Both the position numbers and the translations under genes were made by a program. A DNA stretch of 64,000 bases, from positions 11,038,001 through 11,102,000 of the forward strand of contig NC_058369.1 in assembly GCF_018350175.1 (NCBI RefSeq), given 5' to 3'. The notes under the pieces are model-generated. The model was given only the letters and a program-made list of their open reading frames with translations. It ran no database searches and had not been told where the DNA came from. Shown one piece after another: positions 1-11,866 of this stretch (its first letter is position 1; each line of letters opens with the position of its first letter). Origin of the DNA: Felis catus. Taxonomy: Eukaryota.

Positions 1-152
1 GTAGATCTTTCTGAACTCCCTGTAAAGAAAACACCCCATCGCTTTCTTTTATGCCTGATTGTTTTCCCACATGTCATTGTATTTATAGCCTTTTTGCCCT
101 GTTACTAGTGTCTGGTTGTGCTAACATTAATCTTTTTTCCCTGATTTCTAGT

Positions 153-176
153 CACCACCACCACCACCACCACCAC
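153..176 (+). repeat. (CAC)8 microsatellite between splice acceptor and OR start codon
   Basis: Read directly from the sequence. Paralog 4 has (CAC)5 at 50377-50391. Confidence 0.9.
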
Positions 177-1145
177 ATGGGACCAAGCAATGATACCCAA
201 ATTTCAGAATTTTTTCTTCTGGGATTATCAAATGAACCAGAATTACAGCCCCTCATATTTGGACTTTTCTTCTCCATGTACTTGATCAGTGTCTTTGGAA
301 ACCTGCTCATCATCCTGGCTGTCAGCTCTGCCTCCCACCTCCACACGCCTATGTATTTCTTTCTCTCCATCCTGTCCTTTGTGGACATTTGTGTCACTTC
401 TACCATCATCCCAAAGATGTTGGTAAATATACAGACACAGACTAAAATTATAACCTATACAGGATGCATCAGCCAGATCTATTTTTCCACACTCTTTGCA
501 GGCTGGGACAACTTTCTCCTGGCCGTGATGGCCTATGACCGCTTCGTGGCCATCTGTCAACCCCTGCACTACACGGTCATCATGAACCCCCGGCTCTGTG
601 GACTGCTGGCTCTGGTGTCCTGGATCACGAGTGTCCTTAATTCCTTGTTACAAAGCTTAATGGTGCTGCGATTGTCCTTCTGTACAAACTCAGAAATCCC
701 TCACTTTTTCTGTGAACTCAATCAGATGACCCAGCTTGCCTGTTCTGATACCTTTCTGAACGACACAGTGATGTATATTTCAACTGTGTTGCTGGCCGGT
801 GGTCCCCTTGCTGGGATCCTTTACTCTTACTCTAAGATTATTTCCTCTCTACGTAGAATCCCATCAGCTCAGGGCAAGTATAAAGCATTTTCCACCTGTG
901 CGTCTCACCTCTCAGTTGTCTCCTTATTTTATTGCACGGTCCTGGAAGGGTACCTTATCTCCTCTGCTACCCAGAACTCCCACTCAAGTGCAACAGCCTC
1001 GGTGATGTACACGGTGGTCACGCCCATGCTGAACCCCTTCATCTACAGCCTGAGGAACAAAGACATAAAGGGAGCTCTGAGGAGATCCTTCAGGATGGCA
1101 GGGACAAAAGGGACCATCGTCCTGCTGGTGAAGAAGTGCCCTTGA
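177..1145 (+). CDS. Olfactory receptor, family 7 (OR7A-like), intact, 322 aa
   Basis: OR motifs [29 protein letters not shown] and [12 protein letters not shown], with an N-glycosylation site NDT. Start placed at ATG 177, just after the splice acceptor tttctag (150-151); the upstream part of ORF 51.. is read as intronic. The ...KKCP C-terminus resembles OR7A-type tails. Confidence 0.95.
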   Translation: MGPSNDTQISEFFLLGLSNEPELQPLIFGLFFSMYLISVFGNLLIILAVSSASHLHTPMYFFLSILSFVDICVTSTIIPKMLVNIQTQTKIITYTGCISQIYFSTLFAGWDNFLLAVMAYDRFVAICQPLHYTVIMNPRLCGLLALVSWITSVLNSLLQSLMVLRLSFCTNSEIPHFFCELNQMTQLACSDTFLNDTVMYISTVLLAGGPLAGILYSYSKIISSLRRIPSAQGKYKAFSTCASHLSVVSLFYCTVLEGYLISSATQNSHSSATASVMYTVVTPMLNPFIYSLRNKDIKGALRRSFRMAGTKGTIVLLVKKCP

Positions 1146-2974
1146 TTGCAGGGTCAAAGCCATGATTCTTTGATCATTGTGACACAGAATTTGCTCTTAT
1201 GTATTTCCCGAAATTTCCATTTCTTAGAAGTCAGCTTCTCTGTACAATTTCAGAAAACTCAGTTTACTAAGCTTTCTGCTCTAAGACACATACAAGTTTT
1301 TCCCTTGGTCCATTTTCATGCCTTCCCACAGTTCTGACTTTGGATCGGACATATTTGAAAATTTCCGTGTCTTTTACAGGACAACTTTGATTTCTGAAAA
1401 ACGGTTACTTCATAAATGACATATATCATGCCAAGTACAATTTGTCTAGACTTCCTGAAGGAATAATCAATCCTGAGTTGTTTTATTCAGATGGATAAAA
1501 CTACACTTGGCATCTAAGGCCGTTTATGTAATTTCGCCATAGAGGAAAATAGGAAGTCACGATTTTCACTTTGGCTCTGTCATCAGTCTTGTTTATTCCT
1601 TAACCACTCTTCCTGATAACGTTGATTTTATCATTGTCCCCGTAAGCCTCAATGCACTGACAATGAGGCCACAGGCTAAGAATGCCCGCAGTACACATCT
1701 GGGTCCGTGATACTTGTGATTCATACCTGCGCCAATGTTATGGATGCACTGTCCCTCATCATCATCATCGTTGTTGTTGTTGAGCTTGTTAAAGTGTAAT
1801 TGACATCACATTGTATTAGTTGCCGGTGTACAATGCAATCATTCAATATTTGTATATATTGCAAAGTGATCACAATAAACTCAGTTAACATCTATCACAG
1901 TATTTACTTACAAACCTATTTTCATCATGAGCATTTTCAAGATCCCCTCTTCTAGCTACTGTCAAATATATAATAGTTTGTTGACTATAGTCACCAGGTT
2001 GTACATGACATCCCCCTTGACTTATTCATTTTATACCTAGAAATTTGTACCTTGTGACTCTTGTGCCCTTTTCATCCACTCCCCAGGATACCACCCACCT
2101 CAGGCTACTACCAATGGGTTCTGTGTATCCATAAGCTTGATTTGGTTTTGTCTTATTTTTAAGATCCCACATGTAAGTGAGATCATATGGTATTTATCTT
2201 CCTCTGTCTGACTTATTTCACTTAGCATAATACCCTCAAGGTCCATCAGTTGTCCAAGATTTCACTAATTTTTATGGCTGGATAATATGTGTGTGTGTGT
2301 GTGTGTGTGTATCACAATTTCTATTCTATTTTCTTTCTTACTTTAATTCTAGTATAGTTAACAGAGTGTTATATTATTTTCAGGCATACAGTCTAGTGAC
2401 ACTTCCATACATTGCCCAGTACCGCACACTTTCTTTATCCATTCATCCACCAATGAACATCTAGCTTGTTTCCATGTCTTGGCTATTGTAAACCATGTTG
2501 CAATGAAATGAGGGTGTGTATATCTTTTCAAATTTGTGTTTTTGTTTTCTTCAGATAAATGTTCAGAAGTAGAATTGCTCAATCACATGGTAGTTCTATT
2601 TTTAAGTTTTCAAGGAACCTCCACACTGTTTTCCAGAGTGGCTGCACCAGTTTACATTCCCACCAACAGGGCATGAGAGATTCCTCTTCTCCACAGCCGC
2701 AACAACACTTGTTGTTTCTTGTTTTTTTGATACTATCCATGCTAAGAGGCATGAGGTTGATATCTCATTGTAGTTTTGATTTTTATTTCCCTGGGGATTA
2801 GTGATGCTCAGCATCTTTTCATGTACCTATAATAGATCTGGCTGATGCATCCTGTATAGGTTAGGATTAGTTATGTTCAGCATCTTTTCACGTACCTGTT
2901 GGCCATCTGTATGTCTTCATAGGAAAAATTTCTATTCAGATCTTCTCCCCATTTTTTTAATCAGGTTGTTTGTT

Positions 2975-3387
2975 TTTGTTTTTATTTTTTCACTTCATTA
3001 TTCTTCATTCACAAATGCTAATTGGATATTCGTCCACATGCAACATTTTCTCTCGTGTTCACAACTCAACAGGTTGGTGAATCCAAAAGGACTGGTGCCA
3101 TCACTATACGGAGTATATTGTACTAGTGTTTCAATCACTTATTCCAACCTACATCTTCTTTTATACTCTAAAACATCTTTATTATGTTGTTTGATCAGAT
3201 AGATCCACAAGAGGTGGAGGTACCCAAGGTCAGTCCAACTTTCAGCCAGTCAGGTCTGTCCTGTGGCAGCTCCTGAACATAGAACTTTGATGGCATTAAA
3301 GAGCCATTTGAGAGCCTGACCAGATCCAGCAACTTGGAGAAGGGACACAACAGCATGGGTGGTGCCATCTTGCTGAGCTAGGCTCCC
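2975..3387 (-). pseudogene. NDUFC1: Processed pseudogene of NADH:ubiquinone oxidoreductase subunit C1; CDS remnant 3368->3139
   Basis: Minus strand translates [51 protein letters not shown]/(-1 frameshift)/[23 protein letters not shown], which matches NDUFC1 ([44 protein letters not shown]). Intronless, with a polyA remnant at ~2971-2990 and an approximate TSD tgtttgtt. Confidence 0.93.
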
Positions 3388-3872
3388 TGTTTGTTCTTTG
3401 CTATTGAGTTCTTTATATACTTGGGATAGTTACCTCTTATCAGATATATGATTTGCAAATATTCTCTGCCATTCAGGCGGTTTCCTTTCCATTTTGCTGA
3501 TGGTTTCCTGTGCCAGCACAAGTTTTTAGTTTGATGTAGACCCTGTTTATTCTTGCTTTTGTTCTCTTGCTTTTGATGTCAAATCCTAAAAATCATTACC
3601 AAGACCAATATGTTTTCTTCTAGGAGCTTTATGGCTTCAGGTCTTACATTTAAGTCCTCAGTCCATTTTGAGTTACTTTTTGCCTGTGGTGTAAGACAGT
3701 GGTCCAGTTTCGTTCTTTTGCATGAGGCTCTCCAGTTTATCCAACACCATTTGCTGAAGAGCCTGTTCTTTCCTTATTGAATATTCTTGCCTCCTTTGTC
3801 GTAAACAAATTAATGATATATATGTGGGTTTGTTTCTGGGCTCTCTATTCTATTCCACTGATCTGTGTTTTT

Positions 3873-4091
3873 TTTTTTAATTTTTTTTTCAACGTTTATT
3901 TATTTTGGGGACAGAGAGAGACAGAGCATGAACGGGGGAGGGGCAGAGAGAAAGGGAGACACAGAATCGGAAACAGGCTCCAGGCTCTGAGCCATCAGCC
4001 CAGAGCCCAACGTGGGGCTCGAACTCACGGACCGCGAGATCGTGACCTGGCTGAAGTCGGACGCTTAACCGACTGCGCCACCCAGGCGCCC
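3873..4091 (-). mobile_element. Can-SINE, young felid SINEC_Fc type
   Basis: GGGGCGCCTGGGTGGCGCAGTCGGTTAAGCGTCCGACT head on the minus strand, CT tract and polyA; TSD ctgatctgtgttttt. Confidence 0.95.
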
Positions 4092-4691
4092 CTGATCTGT
4101 GTTTTTTATGCCAATATCATTCTGTTTTGGTTACCATAGCTTTGTAATATAGTTTGAAATCAGGGACCATGATGCCTCCAGCTTTGCTCTTCTGTTTCAA
4201 GTTTGCTTCGATATTAGGGGTCTTTCGTGATTCCATACAAATTTTACAAGTGTTTGTCCTATTTCTCTAAAAAGTGATGTTGAAATTTTGACAGGGGTTG
4301 TACTGAATCCACAGATGAATGTGGGTATATGGACATTTTAACAGTAGTAAGTTTTCCAATCAATGAGCAGGGCCTATCCTTTCGTTTATGTGTGTCTTCT
4401 TTAATTTCTTTCAGCAATGTCGTATACTTTTCAGTGTACAGGTGTTTTCCCTCCTTGGTTAAGTTTATTCTTAGATATTTTATTCTTGTGGATGCAGTAG
4501 TAAATGGGATTGTTTTCTTAATTTCTCTTTGTGGTCATTTGTTATTAGTGTACAGAAATGCAACCAATTTTTGTATGTTGACTTTGTGCCCTGCTGAATT
4601 CATTTATTGGTTATAACAGATTTTTTCTCATAATTTGTTGAAATACAATGACATACAATAAATTAAACATACTTAAATGCAGCAATTTCTG

Positions 4692-4903
4692 AGGACACCT
4701 AGGTGGCTCAGTCAGTTAAGTAACCACCTGTTGATTTCGGCTCAGGTCATGATCTCATGGTCATGGGATCGAGCCTAACATTGGGCTCTGTGCTGACAGC
4801 ACAGAGCCTGCTTGAAATCTTTTGTCTCCTCTCTTTGCCCCTCCCCTGCTCTCTCTCTTTAAAACTAAAATGTAAACATTTTTAGCATAAAAAAAATAAT
4901 AAC
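4692..4903 (+). mobile_element. Can-SINE
   Basis: tRNA-like head ggtggctcagtcagttaag, CT tract and A-rich tail; degenerate TSD aaatgca..tttctga. Confidence 0.88.
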
Positions 4904-5376
4904 CAAATGCAAAATTTTCTGAATTAAAGGAATCATACAAAAATTAAGAGTACATACTGAATAAGTCCTTTTAAATATAACTTAAGAAAGTGCCCAAACG
5001 TTTAAAGCTCTGTTACATAATTGTAAAAACTGTAATCAACCTGAAACCTCTGTTTTCTTCTTTCTGATGGTGATGTGGGTTTATAAACCTAATTCAAGTA
5101 GATGTTGTTAGTAATAAATAAGTATCTGGAAATATTTGGTGCATCCAACAAGTCTTTCATAGGTAGGGAGCGTATGTACCTTTACATATGTATGCATTTA
5201 TACATTACTTCATACAAATACACTCTTACGCATGAATGTATGACACAGACACAATAATCCTATCTTTTATATTGAAAGGACATTTGGAGAGGATAGAAAT
5301 CAAAACAGTGAATGTTTGAATTAGCATGGAATTAAAAGAATGTAGAAATTTAGACAAAATTTAAAGTAGATGGGTA

Positions 5377-5595
5377 AGGGGTATCTGGGTGGCTCAGTCA
5401 GTTAAGGGTCTGACTTCAGCTCAGGTCACGATCTCACAGTTCATGGGTTCGAGCCCCACATTGGGCCCTGTGCTGTCAGCTCCAAACCTGGAGCCTGCTT
5501 CGGATTCTGTGTCTCCCTCTCTCCCTCTGCCCCTCCCCTGATCATACTTGCTCTCTCTCTCTCTCTCTCGAAAATAAACATTAAAAAAAATTTTA
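5377..5595 (+). mobile_element. Can-SINE
   Basis: Typical head, body, (CT)n and tail. Confidence 0.9.
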
Positions 5596-5694
5596 ACTAG
5601 AATAGATGAACTTAATTTTAGTAATGAATTACTTTTTCTTATCTTAAAGCACAAAGGTCTCAAAGTGAGAATTCATATTTAAGACTAAAGTTGA

Positions 5695-5995
5695 GGGGTG
5701 CCTGGTTGGTTCAGTTTGTGGGGTATGTACCTCGTTTTTATAAGATTTTATTTTTAAGTAATCTCTACACACAACGTGAGGCTTGATCTCACAACTTTGA
5801 GATCAAGAGTCACGTGATTCATGGATGAGTCAACTTGGTGCCTTGACATGTGACTCCTTATCTCAGGGTCATGAGTTCGAACATCACATTGGACATAGAA
5901 ATTATGTTTAAAATAAATAAATAGATGCATGGATAGATAGAGTGAATGAGTGAATGAGTGAGTGAGTGAGTGAGTGAGTGAATGTGTGAGTGAGT
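5695..5995 (+). mobile_element. Old Can-SINE with a nested opposite-strand SINE piece, ending in a (GAGT)n/(GAAT)n microsatellite
   Basis: Head ggggtgcctggttggttcag; inverted piece at ~5740-5845; tetranucleotide run at 5940-5995. Confidence 0.7.
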
Positions 5996-6189
5996 CATGT
6001 TTATATTTGACCAATGGGGAGTTCACTTTTTCCATTCCATTTAAGCAATGAAGCAGAAGCTCCAAATTGACTTTTTTCCCTCCAGTTAAGGTTGGATTTC
6101 AACACAAAATTCCCTCACCCAAGAGAATAAAAATGAATTAACTGGGAGAATGAAATTCACTTTCCTCCAAAACAATTTTATTACATGAA

Positions 6190-6672
6190 TATCTTACTTC
6201 TGCTCTAACAAATAACACACTAGAGGCTCAAAAGACACAAACTTATTCTCTTACAGTTTAGAGGTCAGAAGCCTGAAATAAGTCTCCACGAGCTAAAATC
6301 AAGATGTCTGCAGAGCCTGGTTCCTTCATGGATGCTCGAGGAGAGACTGTTTTCTTTCCTATTGTGGTTTTTAGGGACAACAAGCATCCTTTGGCTCATT
6401 GCCCTTTCTCCATCTTCAAAGCCAGCAAAATGGCATCCTCACATCTCTCTCTGACCCAACTATTTTGCCTCCCTCTCCTATGTTTGGAGGACCATGGTGA
6501 TTATGTTAGCTCCACCTGCATAATCTTGGTCAATCTTAGTTTAAGGTCAGCTCATTACCAATCTTGCTCTATTTGCTACTCTATTCTCCCCCTTTACTCT
6601 AAAAAATAACTTATTCAAAGTTTCCAAGGATTGGAATGTGGACAACTTCAGGAGGCTCTCATTCTGCCTGCT
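6190..6672 (-). mobile_element. MLT1D/E-like ERVL-MaLR solo LTR (module copy A)
   Basis: Similar to the recalled MLT1 consensus; paralogous copies at 17350, 34455 and 53300. Confidence 0.75.
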
Positions 6673-6864
6673 AGAAAGTCTTTTCCAAAGTATTTTATTT
6701 GGTGTCATTTGACGGCCCTTATATAAAAGAAACAAACACGGAATTTATCACAGCGCCTAGAATGACCGGATACACTTGTCATTCCAAATTTTATACAAAC
6801 ACAATTTATGTCGTGAAGAAGACCTACAACCACCTGCACCTTGCTCTATCCCAGGACTGCAGCC

Positions 6865-7192
6865 TTGCTACTCAAAGAGTGGTCCACGGACCAGGACCTA
6901 CAGTATCAATATCATTCAGGAGCTTGTTAGATACACCATATCCTGGGCCCACCATCACCTGCAAAATCAGAATCTGCATTTAAACCAGGATCCTAGGTGA
7001 TTCATATGCACCTTGAGGTTGCAGAAGCGCTGGGCTAGAGTAGGTTTTCACACATTCTCAATTTGGCCTTTGAGGCAGGATGATTATTTGTGTTGGGAGC
7101 TGTCCTGCTCACCACAGGTGTTTAGTAGCATCCCTCAGACATTGTCAAATATACCCAGGGGGAAAGACTCATCTCTGGGTGGGAACCATGGG
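6865..7192. mobile_element. MER5B-like plus internally deleted MER20-like hAT fossils (module copy A)
   Basis: ctactcaaagagtggtcc...agaatctgcattt (MER5-like), followed by gctgtcctg..tgtttagtagcatccct (MER20-like). Confidence 0.7.
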
Positions 7193-7799
7193 CACAGAGT
7201 TTGAAAAATGGAGCACCCTGACAGAATCCAATCAACAGCTACCCCTTTCTGAAACCATAACCTTGAGAAGATCACTAAATTCTTCAAGCCCCATTTCCCC
7301 ATGGGGAATGGAGTTCACAATAGTACTTCCTCACAGAATAGACTTTTATAAAAATTAAATCAGACAATTCCTAGAAGCTTCTGAATCCAGATTATAGTGT
7401 ATAAAAAGATCTGAATATATCTCTTACAATAAACAAACATTTTATAATGGCATTTTAAGTACTGGCTCTGAACTTGTGATATAAGTGTGAAATCCCTAAT
7501 TGTTTGGGAAAAATTGTCATGAAGCCCATGGGTGTAGTGCCTGAGGTTTTGTATCAAAGGAACAAACTTAACATCTCTGTTGAAAAGAGGAAAAGTTACT
7601 TGCTAGAGATGTCAGGGGCTGTGTCTCCACCACAATCAATGCTTTGAAGAATCCAAGAATCCAATAAGACCTATTTCTCAGTCTTCAATAGGAGAAAATG
7701 TTCATTGTGGATTGGGATAAGGTGCTGGGAGTTTAGATCTCTGAAAGGCAGAAGAAGTAATAGAAAAAGAGTAAGAAAGACTGGTTTCAGATGGCTTAT

Positions 7800-8170
7800 C
7801 GCCTGGTCTCCTAGGAACAGAAATTCAACAGGAATAATTACCTCTGTCCACATAGGTGTCCCACAGGGGAATCATGTGCCTAACGGTGAGAGAAACAACA
7901 GTGAAATGTGCCTAATGAGCAGAATTAAGAGGCTGCAAATACCTCCTCTGCTGCAGCCCCACAGTGTGTACAACATCAGGCTGGACAAGACCTGGTCGTT
8001 TCTTTTGCAGTCCTACGTCTGGATGGGACACTGAAGTTTCACCCATCCCTGCTGTCGCGTCTGGGACAGAGCTTCATCCTCCACCATCCAATGAGGTAGC
8101 TGTTTTGAGTTGCATGTAGAGACCCTCCTCTCAGAGACCCCATCTAGATGAGTTTTACATCCCAGTAAGT
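7800..8170 (+). promoter_or_regulatory. Putative OR promoter and non-coding first exon for the gene at 11867
   Basis: O/E-like TCTCCTAGGAA (7807) and TCCCACAGGGGA (7859), homeodomain TAATGA (7913-7918), donor-like GTAAGT (8165). The block is conserved in four copies. Confidence 0.65.
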
Positions 8171-8680
8171 ACTGCAGGAGAAGGTCAAGAGAATGAAAGT
8201 CAAGAACATTTTCCAGAGGTCACCCGAGAGCCAATCTAGCCTGGCCAGAGCTGAGACTTTGCTGTAGTTGTTTGCCGGCTTGATTAGTAAATTGATTGAT
8301 TGTTGTATTTATGATGCTATAAATAGAAGTAAACATTAAACTCAGAAATGCAAGGTTCAACATTAACAACTAAATGATAATAATGGAAACCCACCCAGAC
8401 CAGGCATGGGAAACATAAAAGTAGAACCTAAGACCAAGGATCTTTGCAATTAACCAGAGTAGAAAAGTCAAATATGAGCTATGGAGGGACATACACTGAG
8501 TGAGGACATGTCTTTTCATTTTTAAGGTAGGACATATTAGATTACATTTCCGTACTGATGAGAAAAATCCAGATGAAAGAATTCTCCCAAGTACATCCTG
8601 CAAAAGGGGTACATCATGCCTACATGAAGCAGGCATATCACAGCACCTTCTCTCTCTTGAGTATTCAAATGAAAATTTTT

Positions 8681-8925
8681 AGGGGCACCTGGGTGGCTCA
8701 GTCAGTTGAGTGTCTGACTTGATTTTGGCTCAGGTCGTGATCTCAGGTGTCATAGGATTGAAGTCCCATAGTTGGACTCTGCCCTGACAGAGCCCCTTTC
8801 TGTCCTCTCTCTCTCTGCCCATTCCCTGCTTGTGCTCACTAGCTCTCTCTCTCTCTCAATCTCTCTCTCTCTCTCTCTCTCTGTGTCTCTCTATCAAAAT
8901 AAACACTTTTTTAAAAAAGAAAAAT
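8681..8925 (+). mobile_element. Can-SINE
   Basis: ggggcacctgggtggctcag head, long (CT)n, TSD-like gaaaatttt. Confidence 0.9.
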
Positions 8926-9914
8926 TTTAAATGAATCGTGTGAAAAGGGATATGCTAAAGAGCTTCCTTTACAATTAGCTCAATACCTATGAGTCTGAAT
9001 ATATTCTGGGTTAGCTAGCCACTCACTTTCTCTATTGAAAATTGTCTGTGGGAATCCTTGCTGTTTGCATAGTGGGGTCAGAGTGGTTGTATTCCTGGTT
9101 TTTATTCCATTCTGTCGAACAAAAAATTGCCATTTTTTTCACCAACTTGGCTCCTTGACATTTTGCTTTTTTATGATGTGTAGAATTATTTGTGAAGAAT
9201 GTGTGAGAGTGTGTAAATTTTGTGTGGTAAACTCTGAGACTTAGTCATAATATACTCTCTCCGCCGCTTTTTTTTTCTTTCTCTTTTTTTTTCTTTTTTC
9301 TTTTTTTTCTGAAAGAAGTATACTGTCACCTTAACATTCTTCACTTGTGAAGAGCTCCTTTCCACAAAAATGACAGTAAATGTCTTTCTGCATACTTATG
9401 CTCTTAAAATACCCTTTCTACATATTTCCAACTAGTTTTCACAACTCTGTATTCCTCTATTGTTCTTTTTGGCCCTTTATTATTGGGTCTATTTCCAAAA
9501 TTGAAAGTACATCACTTGGAAGGCATTTTTTTTATGTTTGATGAATCACTTTTACCCTCCATAAACATGATTGGTCCACATATGTTTATATGAGATAAAA
9601 TTAAAACTTGAGATATCGCTTTCTCTCCACGTGAAAAGACTCTTTCATACTCTTTTATCCCAAGTCCTTGGCCATCTAATTTAGATCATTAAATTATTAT
9701 TCTTTTAACTCGCTTTCTTCAGAAGTTGGTTTAGGGTCTTCCTTCAATTTTGTTTCATGCAGTGGTTTTGAGCCATTCTGCTTACCCGAAGTGCATTTTC
9801 ACTCTTTCTCTTTCTTTCAAAAGTCTTCATTTCTTTTGAAATTTTTCTATGTGATGCACACATACACCTTGCACACTCTGCCGACCGAGCCAGCCTGGTG
9901 CCCCTGATTCATGA

Positions 9915-10133
9915 TTTTTTTTAAAACGTTTATTTATTTTTGAGACAGAGAGAGACAGAGCATGAACGGGGGAGGGGCAGAGAGAGAGGGAGACACAGAA
10001 TCGGAAGCAGGCTCCAGGCTCTGACCCATCAGCCCAGAGCCCGACGCGGGGCTCGAACTCAGGGACCACGAGATCGTGACCTGAGCTGAAGTCGGACACT
10101 TAACCGACTGAGCCACCCAGGCCCCCCCCCCCC
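9915..10133 (-). mobile_element. Can-SINE (SINEC_Fc type)
   Basis: Full minus-strand element with TSD gattcatgattt. Confidence 0.93.
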
Positions 10134-10267
10134 GATTCATGATTTCAATACCTGCAGGACATTTCATGGTGTGGCTGTGCCATTTACACTTTTGATACTG
10201 TCACATATTTTTTCTCATTAAATTACTATTATATCAATGTTACAAAATATTTTAAAATGGATAAACT

Positions 10268-10462
10268 ATGTTTCTTAACCAAAGGGTTTTTTGTCCTCCA
10301 GGGGATAATGAGCAATGTTCAGAGACATTTTGGGCTGTCACACTGGGGAGGGGTGCACGGAGGCCAGGGATGCTCTAAACGTCCTACAATGCACAGGACA
10401 CACCCCACTACAGAGAAGGATCTGGTCTGGAATGTCCACACTGCAGAGACTGAGAAATCATG
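10268..10462 (+). mobile_element. MER20-like DNA transposon fossil (intron of OR gene 2)
   Basis: tttcttaacc..caggggata..agacatttt..ctgtcacactgg..ggccagggatgctctaaac; paralogs at 20080 (+) and 32340 (-). Confidence 0.8.
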
Positions 10463-10539
10463 AGATAAAGAATATGTGTATTTTTTAAGACACTATCTTT
10501 TTAATTTTTTAAAAGTCTAATGGTTGCCATATTGTTACT

Positions 10540-10923
10540 ATTATCTTTTTTTATGAATATAATTTATTGTCAAATTGGCTTACATACAACACCCAGTGCT
10601 CATCCCAACAAGTACTACTTTTTAAGTAATCTCTACACCCAACATGGGACCTGAACTTACAACCCCAAGCTCAAGACTTGTGAGTTCCACTAACTGATCC
10701 AGCCAGGTGCCCTAAGAATATCTGTATTTTTTTAATGTTTATTTGAGAGAGACAGAACGTTAGTAGGGGAGGGTCAGAGAGAGAGGGAACACAGAATCTG
10801 AAGCAAGCTGCAGGCTCTTAGCTGTCAGCTCAGAGCCCAACACGGGGCTCAAACCCACGGACCATGAGATCATGACCTGAGCTGAAGTCAGACCCTTAAC
10901 CGACTGAGCCATCCAGGTGCCCC
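10540..10923 (-). mobile_element. Cluster of an L1 3' tail fragment, a short old SINE and a full Can-SINE
   Basis: L1 tail aatttattgtcaaattggct; SINE ends ccaggtgccc at ~10712 and ~10923. Confidence 0.8.
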
Positions 10924-11249
10924 ATGTATTTTAATATTTGTAAATGTCTGCACAGTCTCCCAGGGTGTTATAACACTTCACAATTCTGACAGCAAAATTA
11001 GAAAGTGCCCCTTTGCTACCTGTTAAAAATTCCAACCTCCTTCAATGCGACTACCCCTGAAGTGTTTTCTCAGGATGTTGGGTGTGATACTGAGTAGAGA
11101 TGTTCCACAGACAGGACACTACAGTAACCAGATGAATAAAGTGCAAAAGGTACATAGTGTGGGCAAGGAGCTCCCTGTGTCTTGAACCTTAACCAGCTGT
11201 GAGGCCACATGTCTTCAGGAAATTCACAACAATTACCTCTTGTCCATTC

Positions 11250-11630
11250 CCCTCAACACACTGGCTTCCTTCTGAGCCTTGATTTTCTGGAAAAAAAAAA
11301 TAATGCCTCCTCAGGGCCTTTGCACTGGCTGACCCTTTTCCACTTTCCAGGATGTTTTTTTTCTTCCTTCAAGTCTCTGCTTAAATGTCACCTTCTTAGC
11401 CAATCTTGACCGAACACCCAACATAACACTCCATCCACTCTCTCTTTTTACCTGCCTTCATTTTCTTCATAGCCTCTGTTCCTATCTCAGAATTATCTCA
11501 TTTCTATATGTGTGTATATCCAGTCACCATCATTGAATTGAAGGTACCATTCCTCTTCAACACCCTCTACCTTATGACTTGAAAATGCTGACAGCATGGT
11601 TGACACTCCATATATTCCTCAAATGCATGA
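11250..11630. mobile_element. L2 (LINE-2) fragment in the OR intron
   Basis: cctcagggcctttgcactggct..aaatgtcaccttct motif; paralogs at ~23570 and ~50100. Confidence 0.65.
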
Positions 11631-11866
11631 AATAATTTCTTATTAACTCTATGATACCTGGCCATTGGGGGAACAACTGATGTTGGGATGAAAATTACTA
11701 ATCAGAGAGGAAATGGTGATCCCCTCAAGGGGCCCAGATCCATTCACAAAATATTGAAATTATTTTATTGACTGGAAATACATGGTAGCATTCGAACAAT
11801 GTGGGCCAGGCCCATGTGAAGTTTTGTCATGTTATTTTCCCCTTTACTGGTAGTCACCTCCACCAC

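Larger units (their letters stand above)
1790..4615 (-). mobile_element. Old 5'-truncated LINE-1 (carnivore/L1MA-like), interrupted by a retrocopy and a SINE
   Basis: L1 3'UTR and ORF2 C-terminal similarity on the minus strand (ORF 2358..2582 HPHFIATWFTIAKTWKQ..DEWIKK). Confidence 0.88.

Noticed and set aside
51..176. 42-aa N-terminal extension with a His8 tag-like run on gene 1
   Set aside because: It spans a polypyrimidine tract and AG acceptor conserved in the paralogs. It is intron/UTR read-through, not a cloning tag or a supported extension.
152..569. Recurrent antisense ORFs over OR genes (also 11854, 11918, 25942, 26033, 50376)
   Set aside because: They are shadows of the conserved sense CDS, with no independent evidence.
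177..1145. Specific OR gene symbols (e.g. OR7A5, OR7A17)
   Set aside because: One-to-one orthology cannot be set by eye in a converting, lineage-expanded family; it needs a phylogeny.
3873..4091. tRNA genes suggested by A/B-box-like sequence
   Set aside because: These are heads of tRNA-derived Can-SINEs with CT tracts, polyA and TSDs.
11801..11866. N-terminal extensions of ORFs 11801 and 25919
   Set aside because: They lie upstream of the conserved acceptor; the canonical Met plus N-glycosylation motif starts later.
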